64,000 bases of DNA, taken from NCBI GenBank assembly GCA_008632985.1, contig QPGO01000011.1, positions 682,001 through 746,000 of the forward strand. The letters run 5' to 3'. Source of the DNA: Psammoneis japonica. Lineage: Eukaryota. The notes under the pieces are model-generated. The model searched no databases and was not told the origin of the DNA. It saw nothing but the letters and a program-made list of their open reading frames with translations. Position numbers and translations under genes: made by a program. Positions 52,001 to 63,329 of this stretch are shown piece by piece (the first letter of the stretch is position 1; the number at the start of each line of letters is the position of its first letter).

Positions 52001-52729
52001 GGCTTTGTGTTTTCTCCATTTGTGAGAGCAAAAATTGCCTGGCTGCATTCTTCAATGTCAACAGAGTGCAAGCTAAAAATTAAGTGCTTTTTAAGTGTGG
52101 AGGAGGAGATGCATTCACAAAATTGCCTCTTTTTCTGATGGTGATCATTCGTGCATTCATCACCTGACAATTTTGCGACAGAAACAGCGCAAATGTTGTG
52201 CACGGACGAGCCCCACCCAGGGCTGGAATGTGTCACTTCTTGAGTTGTTCCACAGCACATTGGGAGGGACAGAAATGCACAAATGGTGCATCTTGGCTTG
52301 TTTGTTGTTGAAATGAGGGTGGGGAGAAGCAAAGGTGATGAGTTGCTTCTTCTTGCGTGACTTTCGTGCCAATCTGACAGTGCTCAACAATGCCGTTGCA
52401 CTGGAATGTTCTTCAGTCATCACAGAAGGGATGGGCAGGTTGGCATTGGTAAATGAAGAGGTTCAAGGTCAGCGCCGGCTCCATTGATGGGACCGAGTTG
52501 TCGACAGAACAACAAAGTGGGGTGTGTGATGCTGTGAAACAACTTTTTTCAGAAATGCGCAGATCGTGCGGCGGCGCAACAATTCCACTTTGTTTTACCT
52601 TTTCTTTCTACAGGAAAAAAATGGTGTTGTTAGAAGAATCAACCTCCCGGCATTCATTGTACAAGTGACGCCACCATTGTTCAGGACTTTTTTTCTTTCA
52701 TTCGTATTTGCTGGACACTGACTGACATA

Positions 52730-54308
52730 ATGTGGAACCAGCACATCCCTGGCATCTCCAACTCCGACTTGGCAGCCGGGTTAGCTCCCATGGCCGGTGC
52801 CTTCCGTCCCAAAGCTGATGATGAAGCATATTCATACGACCGGGAGCGTGTGAATGATCACGCCAAAGAGAAGCTATTATTTGATGCTATAGAAAACGGT
52901 AGGAAAGATGAGTTGCGCAGATTAATCAGTGAAGGAGTGAACATTCATGCTAGTGATTACGACGGGGACGGGGTGCTCCATCGGGCCAGCGAAAGGGGGC
53001 GTTTGGACATTGTCGAGTTGTTGGTTGAAAATGGAGCAAAAGTCCGTGCCAGCGGTGAACACGGGAACACGCCCCTTCATGATGCTGCGATCTATGGACA
53101 TGCCGATATTGTCCAATTCCTTGTGGAAAACAAAGCAGACATTAATGCTGCTAACGATTGGGGCTGGACGCCGCTTCACTATGCCAGCTTCAGATACCCC
53201 AATGTTGTCTCGTTGTTGCTTGATTCAGGTGCTGACATTTTTACACAGAACAAGCACGGCTATACGCCTTTGGAGACGGCACACAACAAAAATAGACCTG
53301 ACATTGTAGAGCTCCTTGAGACCGCTGCTCGAGAAAGAGGTGAGTAAGGTATGCTGACTTGTCTCATCATACAAGGAACGCATTGGCTCACCGACACTGC
53401 TCTTGACAAAATCTTCAACCTTTGTTTTAGGAGATCACGAAAGTCTATACCAAGTGAAAGAAAGATTGAATGCAGCCGAAGAAGAAAAGCAACAAAAACT
53501 ACTTGACGAGGAAGAGAAGCGCATTCAAGAAGGTTTGTGTCCAAAATGCGGCAAAGCAAAGACTCACCGAGTCGGCTTTTTTTTCAGGACACGGCTTACA
53601 ATTGAGGGTCAATCACGTAATGGAGAGTGCCTGCTTTGTGATCCCAGTGACCCTAGTAGGTGGGCTATTTCGTACAACCAGCTCATGATATTCCACAAGG
53701 AAGCATCGGAAACATTTGGAACCGACTATCCAAACAAAACTATGCACCATGTCGTCCAAGAAATGATTGCGCCAAAGTGTGTCAAAAAGGGCAAGTCCTA
53801 CGCATTACAGTGCAATCCTCAAGGATTGAAACTCGACGTGTTTGTGACACATGCTTGGGATGAGCCGTTTGAACAGTTTGTTGAGTCGATCAAGCAAGAG
53901 TACGGGAGCAACTTGCGCCCACCGAATCTGTGGATATGTTCCTTTGCTTTAAGACAAGGTGACAGCCAGAGTATTGCTGAAGAGCTTGATGGAGATTTGC
54001 TTGAGTCCCCATTCGTCAAGGCGATGAAGGAGGCAACGTCATACTTGGTTGTTCGTAACCACGAAACCGACGTTTTTACCCGAATCTGGTGTGTCTGCGA
54101 GGTCATGTTTGGGCGAAAGTTTGGCCTTATCCCAGAAAAGGCTAGTGCAAGAGGTCCCAAGGCACAGTCCACATCAAAAATTACCTGCTTGGATGCACAA
54201 GCCACAAACCCCGAAGACAGGGACAAGATTGTACTAACACTTCTGAATGAGCACAAGAGGGAAGATATTGACACGTTCATTCATGAGTTGCGCATTCGTG
54301 GCTTGTAG
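52730..54308 (+). CDS. Ankyrin repeats plus zinc ribbon plus TIR/HET-like domain protein, 2 exons
   Basis: Four to five ankyrin repeats (GNTPLHDAA, GWTPLHYAS). In-phase intron 53340-53430. CPKCG...CLLC, DVFVTHAWDEPF, LWICSFAL, FTRIWCVCE. Confidence 0.8.
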
Positions 54309-54346
54309 TAGAACTGTTCAGCTACGAAGAGAAGAGCAGCATGGAA

Positions 54347-55420
54347 CTAATAGTCATTGTTTACGGAGAATACATACGCAGATCCCGATCTATCGCCATT
54401 GACATTAGCATGATCACCAACCCCAACAATGTTTCCGTCTGCCGTCAAGGACACAGAATATCCAAATTATCCGACGCAGCCTCGCTTTCACGAACCCCAA
54501 CACCTGAATCCATTGCATTGTACCGCTGTCGTATTCAAAGAATCTAATTTGACCTGCATTCTCTAATCCGTCTATTCAAGGACACCGACCAACAAAAAAA
54601 AAATCGATTGCTGTAGTGTTATGAGAGTCTGTCCACGCAGTGTCCACGTTGATGCTTTACGGTCATGGACATGCGCAGCGACTCTCTCGTCTTCTGGTGC
54701 GCCTATCGCCATGACCAAGCCGCTGTCATTGAAGGAGGCAGACCGCGTCCAAATTGACCCCCCTGCGTTTCGTCCTTTGATTGGGTCGTCGAGTGGATCC
54801 CACCTTGATGTCGCAGAGTTGCATTCGCATGCAGAGACTTGGCCAACATTTTCTCCACCCGCTTTGGCACCAATGCCAACAATCTTCCTCAATCGACTCA
54901 ACGAAACTGAAACGCCAAACTGATCAGAATCCTGGCCAATCAACCTCTAAGCTGCTCTCATGAATTGGTGCTGCAATTGGACTGAAACAACCAAACCGAA
55001 CCAGAAAAGCTGCCATTTTCCGTGTCATCCACAAATGCTCCAACGGAAAGAATGTTGCCTGATTCCAACAAAGAGATGGAACATCCAAAATGATCACCTG
55101 TTGATTCTCCAACAACACCTGTCCCAAGTTTGGCCCATCGATTTGTCAAGGTGTCACACTCAAAAACACAAGAGAGAGCTTGACCCGTGACAGGTCCTCC
55201 GTTGCCATTGCCTCACACTCCAACCACTGGAATGGTGCCATCACCATTCATTGACACAGAATGGCCAATGTCATCTCTGTTCTCTGGTCCCACCAAGTCT
55301 TCAACCAATTTTGTCCAAGATTGGGTGGCTTGAATGATTTGACAATTGGGGGCAAAACCATGTGGTTGCCTTGAGGTGCTCCCACCGCTGCAGCGCTTCC
55401 ATCTCAAGACAAGGAGACTG
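54347..55420 (-). pseudogene. FG-GAP/integrin-alpha-like beta-propeller gene, decayed
   Basis: Repeats IGHSVSMNGDG, DHFGCSISL...LSVGA, DQFGVSVSL...VGIGA, MAIGAP and GYSVSLTADGNIVGVG. Frameshifts are present. Stop codon at 54347-54349. Confidence 0.75.
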
Positions 55421-58400
55421 ACAAGCCAAACACATCCCAAGCACCATTTCTGTTGCAGACTTGTCCAAGGAGTTGGTGCCATGAAGAAGGAACAGCAGTC
55501 AGTTTGGTTGGTGAGTCCACATGAAGCAGAGCAGACTTTGGAGAAGTTGAGCTCTCTGTTGTCAGAGACAGTGTGGATGGTGGTGTTGCGGGCTTTTGTG
55601 TTGGTGAGTGTCTGTCTTGGTTGATGTTGGAGTTGGCAATGGAGATGGTGTTGCAACCAACACTCACACCCACCAAGTCAACAAATGTGCTGCTTTCTTC
55701 AACCTCACCCAACACCTTCAGGTTGGCATGATGCAGGCCAATCTCCCAGTTGAAGTTTGTGGCAGAAAGGTTCTGTTGCCAAGGTTTCTGTTGACATGTC
55801 CTTGCCCTCACACTCATGCATGAAGCCCTGCGCCATTGTCTTTTTCTTGCACAACATTGACTGTGTCACTTCCAATGTGTTGGCAACCCCGCTCCTGCTC
55901 TTGGAGCAATTGGCCCTCTCCACCAGGGTGAGCCAAAAAGGCACCACCAACATCAATGTAACTTGATGTTTTTCTTCAATTGCCTGTTTTTCCTCTTTTT
56001 TGTTGCCATCTTTGCTTGCTGCCCCAGCAACTCATTCTCTTTCTCTCTCTTCTTTGCTTCTGTGATGAGCACACTTGCTGCACATTGCATTGCCTGGTGC
56101 TTTGTTGGAAGTGTTCATCCATGGCAGCTGACCTTGCTTTGGAAAATTTGCTCTGCAGCAGAAATTGCACAGAAGCTTGCTCAGCCAGAGAGCAAGAAGC
56201 CCAAGTTGACATCTTTGATGCAGGCATTGATGAGGGTTCTCATCTGCACAAATGTTGTCAAAAAGTTCTCAACGTTTGTCGGGCCAAGCTCTTTTGGTGG
56301 TTTTGGTGGTTTGCTTGTCAACTCCTTCATCATCTTGCCTCAACAACATTGACTTTGAAGGAAACTTTTATGGACAATGGTGTTTTTTTGCACCATGTCT
56401 TGCAGCTGCTCTTTTCAAAGAAAGATGCCCATGCTCTGCACACATTTTCAATCTCAAACTTAGAGCACCGCATGGGATGTTACCCATGATCACTGGTTTT
56501 GGTGCTGTTGTTGATGTCCAGATGACACACGCAGCACATTGATCACAAAAAAGCAAGAGATGTTGTGCACAGCGGGGGGTTGTGCCATGCTGCAGCTGAA
56601 AAGGAGGTGGGCTTGGCAAAGAGGACATGGCTGTGGTGTGTGCTTGCTGGTGAGATCCCTCACTTTCATTGGGATTGTCAGAGAGCAAAACACAAAAGAG
56701 CAGCACCACACACATGCCCCACAGTGTTCTTTTTTCACTGGGTTTGAGTGGTCAGGGTGTGCAACAAGCATCTGGCAGCCACTGCACGGCATTGCACATG
56801 ACTCCAGCACTGCTGGCTCAGTTGACAGCTGTGAAGGAGGCACTGATGTCCTGTGCACAATGCCTGTGCACCTGTGTCAGCCTGGGCTCCATGGACAGTG
56901 GAGACAGATGTTGGGTGGTTGACAGAGGGGTGACAGGCATGCCCAGCTCTGCATGTTTTATGTCAGGGCAGCCAGCCAGATGGCAAAAAAGGTGAGACTC
57001 AAACAAGAAGCTGAGCAGGCTGGCATTCACTTGCTCTTGAGCACCCAGATGTTCAAACACATTGGCAGCTGAGGTGGGATCTAGAGCAACCTCAGATGAC
57101 CCAAAATGGCTTTCTCTGCTCAGTGGGGGGCTCCCCTCCCTGATCTGTGTTTGCAGGGTTGTTGTTGAGTGGATGGCTGGCCAGGCTCAACACAATTGCC
57201 TGACTTCAGCAAATTAAGAACCACCTGCTGGTTGCTTGAGGCTTGCACACTTTTGCCATGTGGCATGTGCAGAAAGCTGTGCTTTGTCATGCTTCATGAC
57301 ACAATGCTTTGAAGCTGTGCTCAGTGCAGTGCTTGGAACAAAAAAAAAACATCTCCTGCATGTTGCTGGTTGTCTGTTGTTTGTAAGTTGATGGCTGCAG
57401 CTTTGATCAAGACAAGAGTTTTGTCACACCATCACAGCAGCAGAAAGACAGTGCTTGCTTTGATGAATGTGCTGGATTTCTTGGTGCCATTGACTGTCAT
57501 GCCACACTTGGACACATGCCAACAAGCAGCATGTCTGCCAACTTCTGCAGGGCTCTCAGGACTGTTGTGCAAGCAAGTTTGCAGTCATCACTGGGTTTGT
57601 CTCTGCTGCAGATGCAGTTTTCTGTTGGCATCTGTGGAGTGTGTGTGCGTGGGTGGTGTCATTTTTGTTTCTGCCACCCCAGTTTCTCACAACAGATGCA
57701 GAAAATGACACTTTGATTTCCATCATCAACAGCACGCCATGTGTGGTGCCTGCAGCAAGAAGTCATGGAATTTTTTTCCAAAATGAGAAGAAGAACAAAA
57801 AGAGCAAACTTGTGCAGAAGCTGGATGCTGCAAACAGCTGTCTTTGGCAGTTTTGACATCTTGAAAGCAGCTGTGACTCTCCCACTTAGGCCTTGGCAGC
57901 TGTGTCCATGGATGGTGCCATGTGCGGATGAGGTTTGGTTGCACTTGGTGCTTCTCTCATGATGCTCCTGTCTCTTCTTGTGTTTGGAACATTTTTTCCT
58001 TCTTCATTGTCAAAGCAAGAGCTGCAGTGCCAAAACACCTCATTTTTTCCCCACAGCATCAATGCAGCTTGGCTGCATGGTGCAGCATGTGTGGTGCCCT
58101 TTGTCACAGAACAGCATGTGAAACCCAACAGTGCAACAGACAGGAGCTCCAAGCCAGCAGCACCAATGATTGGATCTAGAATTGGCTTGTCAAGCTCATT
58201 CCAAATCCATGCTGAAATGGGCCAAAGTGGCTGTCCTTCCTTGTGTGTGTGCAATGCCTGCACCGGAGCCAATTTTGCCTCCAGTGGTGCTCCAGCTCTG
58301 GCCAGCCACCCCATCAGCAAAGGTGATGGTGTGCGCATTGCGCATCATGCAACATGGCTGGCTTCTTCAGCAGGAGAAACAGTTGATGGCATGGGATGCA

Positions 58401-61400
58401 GCAATTTGTTTGGCGCACTTTTGCAGCTGCCAACATGCTCGTCCAGCTCCAGGTGAGATCTTGCACTGCTGATCTGTGATGTCAACAGTTTTTGGATCAC
58501 TCTGTGCATTGTGCACGTGCATTTCTGCATGACTTTGAAGGAATTTTGATCATGTCATTCCCATGGAGCAGTTGCTGTTCTTGGGAAATTTGCAATGATC
58601 TGCTCAGCAACTTTTGACATTTTTTTCTTCTGCACCACTCTCAAATGTCTTGGATGGCATGTGCGCCACAAACTTGGTTGCTCAGTCAAACGTTGAAGAA
58701 AAATGTTTCCATCAAACAGAGCACAAACCACAGAGCTTGTTGTGCACAGAAATCTGCAGGCAAATGTCACACATGGAGTCTTGCCCAGGGCTGGAGCATG
58801 CCCACCCCACTGATGCCGGTCTTTGTTGAAGCTTGACAGAGTGGGCAGCAGTGTTGCTCATCTAAGATCAGCAACAGCCCACACAAAAACCCAAGCAGTT
58901 GTCCTGGCAGCCTTCTGGCTGGTGCCACACTGCAACCACATTGCCCACATTGGATGAGCTGGCTGAGCCAAACAAGATGTGACTGCAGGTGCTCCATGTT
59001 GCTGAAGATGGGGCAGCTGGCAAGTGAGCAATGCTTGTTGCATGCTGAGCAGCATGGTTGGGTCTGAGCTTTGCCAGGTGATGACCTGATCTTGCAGATG
59101 GCTGCCTTGCAAATTCTGCACAGCAGCTCTTGAGCTTCATTGTCTGCTGGAGGTTCACAGCAGATGTGTTGTTTGCTGGTGTTGCCACAGTTTCTTCCTT
59201 GGCATCAACAGTGGGTGCAGGGATGATGTCTTGGCTGGAGTCTCATCAGATGGCATGAAGTCAGTCTTGTTGAGCAGCATGATGCCAACTGGTGGCTTTC
59301 ATGGTGACAGGCATGGGGTGCACACAAAAGGCATTGTTGGGGGCACTTTGGGGCTTTTTGTTGCAACCCAGGGCTCTCAGATTTTCTTTTGTTGCCAAAG
59401 TGAGGGTCTCTGCAGTCTTCTTCATTTTGCAAAGGTGCTCTTTGTTCAAATGTTTGCACAGGAACTTGCTGCATCATGATGCGCTGATGATGAAGATGCG
59501 TCAAGAGCATCTGAGCTGTCAAAAGCAGTGCCCACATCTTGGATGACAACCTTGAGCTGGAGAAAGCCTTGGAGCTCTGCATGGCAGGTGAGAACATCAG
59601 GTTGCTCTGTTTTGTGCAGCTCTTGGTTGTCTCAAAGGGGCACTTGTGTTGCGTGGGGTGGCAATGAATGTTTTCATCTTCAGGGCAGTGCAGCACCCAC
59701 TTCCAGATTGCTGGTGGATGATGGTGGTGCCTGAAAACTTGGAGGTTGGTGGCAAGATGCCCTTGTCTTGCAATGTTGGCAGACCCTGATTTGGGCTGAG
59801 CTGGAAGAGCATGCAGAGAGGCAGTTTGTCAGTTTTGGCATTGCCTGCAGCAAATCCCCAGTCTTTGTTGTCTTTTGCAAAGAGCTGCAGTGGATGAGTG
59901 CATGCTCAGTGAGCCATGGCAACTTCTTCACAGTGAGCATGATGCATCACCAAGCATGGGCGCTCTGAGGCAAGGTGTCATCACAGATGATCAAGTGGCA
60001 CAGAAAGACCTTGGCTTCCCATCACTTGATGACATTGACACATGCAGGGTGTCATCTGTGAGGATGGCACATTTGCTGCCATTGGCACAGTTCACGTGGC
60101 CATTGCAGGGCACAAGGTCACTCAAGAGAATGGCAAGTTCTTTGTGCTTGTGCAAAGTGGTTCTTAAAATGTGACAGCTTGGCAACACACAGGAAGCCAG
60201 GGTTGATGTTGTTTTTCCTGCCTGCTTGGAGGCTTCAACAACCTGTTGCCTGTCAAAAAAGATGCAGCGTGCAGCCCAAACTCTGGCAAGGGAGCTTGGG
60301 GATGGTTGTGCACTTTTCTCAGCCACAGCTCATGCACTGCTCTTACAATCTTTGACAGCTCTTTGATTGGCACAGAGCTCTTTCTTTTTGCAGCTTCTGA
60401 GGCTCATGTTGCCAGCAGAAGAGACTGCAAATTTTTTGCTCAGCCATGTTGGTGGTTGGAGCATTGCTGCACTTGGCAACATCATTTCACACCTGGCTTT
60501 TTTGGCACATGCCAGCCCTGTGGCAAAATTGTGACTGACTGCATTGACAAAAGATCAAGCAAGCCAGCCAAGAAAAAGGATGGTTGCAAAAGATGTGCTC
60601 CTCTTGGGCGCAGCTTGCAACCAGATTGGCACTGCTCATGATTGCTGCATCTGCAGTCTGCCAAGTTTCTGCAGCATGGCAGGCCTCTGAAGAGAACACA
60701 TTTGAAAGCACCAAGCAAGCCACACTGTGTGCTGGTGGTGAGAAAGTGAACAAGATGCATCATGGAAAATTTTAAAGAGCATGTGCTGGTTTTGGATGAC
60801 TGTGTCGCTGCATTTGACACACTGTCAGTCGTTGCCATGTTGTTGGCTGATGGTGCCCAAGCTCTGGTTAATTTGGCCCGCCAAGGTCTCCTGCTTTTAG
60901 CTTGTTTTGCTGTGGTCTCATTGCAAGCACACATGAATTGGGAGTGTGTTTTTGCAACTCCCTTTTCACAATGTTCTCTCTGCCATTAAAAAGAGATGAG
61001 TGCACTTGTTGAGGCTTGTTGAGAGGGTCTTTTCTGCCATTCCATCTCAAGCCAATGTCCCTGATGACTGGCCTGCAGACCCAACACTGTCGCTGTCTCT
61101 GAAGAGCAGCAATGATGCAAGTTCCCTGTGGAAGGAATGGAGGTGTTGCATCTGACACCACTGTTGTGGATGATGGCAGTGGGAGTGTGGGTCTAGCTGA
61201 GGCTCTGTCCAAGCCTCTTGGTGGAGCTGCAGTGCTGAAGGCTGTGATTCCCACCACATGAGCATTGAGACATCAAGCCATTCTTTGGAGCATTTGGTGG
61301 GCTTTTGAACTCTGTCATCTGTTGACCTGCTGTTGTTCAACAGAATGCACAGAAAAATCAAATCTGGCAGGCTTTGGAACTCTTTTGTCTGTTGACTTGC

Positions 61401-61500
61401 CACAGAAAAATCAAATGAGATGACATGGGACACAGTTCTGTTGTGACAATTATGACTCGATTCAATCTCTGCCACTGTCATGTTCTGAAACATGCTGCAC
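54900..61500. other. Hypermutated block 2 (unassigned decayed repeats or genes)
   Basis: Same TpA/CpG depletion as block 1, with about 20 TAs in ~6.6 kb by my count, mostly YTAR. Confidence 0.88.
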
Positions 61501-61851
61501 AGAAAATGCCCTGGTTTGCCTTCTATGTGCTGCATTGGATGCTGCCTTCGTTCTTTTTTTTTCTAACAATCGAAATCGAAAAAAGATTGTTCCGCACACC
61601 CAAAGGGATGGGCGTTCTTGCTTTTCTACACAACATATGTTGTCAGTTTGCTTGTCGCGACCACAGCACAACAGCACACGAAACAAAATAGGGTTGTTGA
61701 AAGATCAACATCCCGAGACAGTGTCAACACTGCTACCTGCTAGAGGTGAAGCTGTGCTGCAAAGATTACAGATGCCTTTTTACAACTAGTACATGCTTGT
61801 TATATATACAATCAATCATGCCAAATATACATGGCATCACTCCTTTCTTCC

Positions 61852-61885
61852 TTCAGTTCAGTTCAGTTCAGTTCAGTTCAGTTCA
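61852..61885 (+). repeat. (TTCAG)6.8 microsatellite
   Basis: Read directly from the sequence. Overlaps the stop codon of the DUF202 gene. Confidence 0.95.
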
Positions 61886-63329
61886 TCTCCACACCACCAA
61901 CACAGTCGGGGAAACGGAAAACGCTGTGACCATTGCTTTCGTCGAATGATGATTCGTTTTCCGTCATGCGGAAACTCCATAACTGTGGCGGGAAGGTGTC
62001 CAAGGGCATGTGTAACCACACCGACGACGACTCGACGCGTCGTTCCAGGGCGAGTCCCACCCAGTTGTCATTGTTCTCCGAGTGATGCATTCGTGGGAGT
62101 TCCACTTGGTCCAAGAGCGTGGCTTGCGAGAAATCCCACGCTTCCAGCATGGTGGGACGCAACAGGTACGTGACGCCTTCCAAGTGGTCCATGGCCACAA
62201 TGGGGTCCTCCTCCCGTGATGATGGCTCATCACTGCCATGATTCAAAACCTTCATGTTGAGACTGCCAATACGAACAAGCGACGACGTTGCTGTTCCTTC
62301 TTGAGCAACGCGGTAGGTGTGCATCGTCCCATCCAAATAGAGGTAGAGTTTTCCGTCCGAAAACATGATGCTTCCTGCTGGGTTCGTCGTCGTCGTGGTG
62401 GAGGATGATTCCTGAAGAATAACATGGCGCGACACCAGTTCGTCTTGATGGAATTCCAAGAGTTCCGTCCGGGCCGGACCCGTGGAAAGCGCAAAGAGAC
62501 GATCGCCCACCATGGTTGTGGACTGGATTTCGACATTGGGGATTTCCGAGAGCAGCATGCGGGGTGCGTCGTCGTCTAATTGGTGATGCGAAATCAAGGC
62601 TTGTGGCGTGGCCACAATCAAGTCCTGGTTGTTGGGATCCAGGACAATGTCACGAGGTTGATACTCCAACAGATTGAGGCCCTGGAGCGAATGGCGCATA
62701 CACAGTCCCTCGCGTTCCACCAGTGCCTCGGGTGCGTGTTGCGCCACCGGTGGTACCTCGGGCCAGGAGGGTCGTAGGTGTTGTGCCGGCCTCAAGACAC
62801 GACGATCGTCGTCCTTGTTCTTCTTGCCTTCGCCGTCACCCCAGGGCATGAATTCACTGCCCTTGACGGCATCGGCAAACACAATCGCCACGCCAATGCC
62901 TACTCCCACGGCCAAAACGGTCGGCCCGATAAAATCCAAATACCCATACGCCTCTCCGGCCCGTAACAGGCGAACACGACGAAAGTAGACATAGGCCGCG
63001 TAGCAGACCAACACCAAGGACGCAAAGGCAATGACACTCGACGTGCCGTTGTAACTGCCACTGCCCATCATGATACTCGATACTGTCAACAAGAGCAGGG
63101 ACGCACTGATCCACTGGATAAAGGTCCGTTCGTTGGCAAAGTACGTTTTGGGTTCCACCTGGACGGGCTCTTTTGAGGAAAAGTCGCCGCTGACGGTGCC
63201 CGTGCTCTCTCTCGACAGGAGAGCGGGAGAAGATTTCTTGTTCTTGTGGGCAAGCGCGATTTCAGTTGATTCACGGCTTTCATCATCTTGTTGGCGGCGG
63301 TTGTGTTGAGACTCGAGTTCGAACGACAT
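61878..63329 (-). CDS. DUF202/VTC-type membrane protein with a C-terminal beta-propeller-like lumenal domain
   Basis: VQVEPKTYFANERTFIQW followed by three TM helices (VTC1/DUF202 signature), then a long beta-rich extension. Confidence 0.8.
   Translation of the reverse strand: MSFELESQHNRRQQDDESRESTEIALAHKNKKSSPALLSRESTGTVSGDFSSKEPVQVEPKTYFANERTFIQWISASLLLLTVSSIMMGSGSYNGTSSVIAFASLVLVCYAAYVYFRRVRLLRAGEAYGYLDFIGPTVLAVGVGIGVAIVFADAVKGSEFMPWGDGEGKKNKDDDRRVLRPAQHLRPSWPEVPPVAQHAPEALVEREGLCMRHSLQGLNLLEYQPRDIVLDPNNQDLIVATPQALISHHQLDDDAPRMLLSEIPNVEIQSTTMVGDRLFALSTGPARTELLEFHQDELVSRHVILQESSSTTTTTNPAGSIMFSDGKLYLYLDGTMHTYRVAQEGTATSSLVRIGSLNMKVLNHGSDEPSSREEDPIVAMDHLEGVTYLLRPTMLEAWDFSQATLLDQVELPRMHHSENNDNWVGLALERRVESSSVWLHMPLDTFPPQLWSFRMTENESSFDESNGHSVFRFPDCVGGVEMN

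Larger units (their letters stand above)
45480..52440. other. Hypermutated repeat block 1 (TpA- and CpG-depleted, TpG/CpA-rich)
   Basis: About 25 TA dinucleotides in ~7 kb by my count, with none in ~47870-49601. CG is rare. Only short ORFs rich in C/H/Q/W and almost free of Tyr. Confidence 0.9.

Noticed and set aside
49100..52440. Specific identity for the rest of block 1 and most of block 2 (hints of dehydrogenase-like and BED/hAT-like motifs)
   Set aside because: Too degraded to support a call by eye.
45480..61500. Classical RIP or CpG methylation decay alone as the cause
   Set aside because: RIP increases TpA. 5mC deamination explains the CG loss but cannot remove TA.
45498..61535. The many 60-170 aa Cys/His/Gln-rich ORFs as a novel peptide cluster
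   Set aside because: Loss of TA removes TAA and TAG stops and enriches TGY/CAN codons in all six frames. The ORFs overlap on both strands, nearly lack Tyr and mostly end in TGA.
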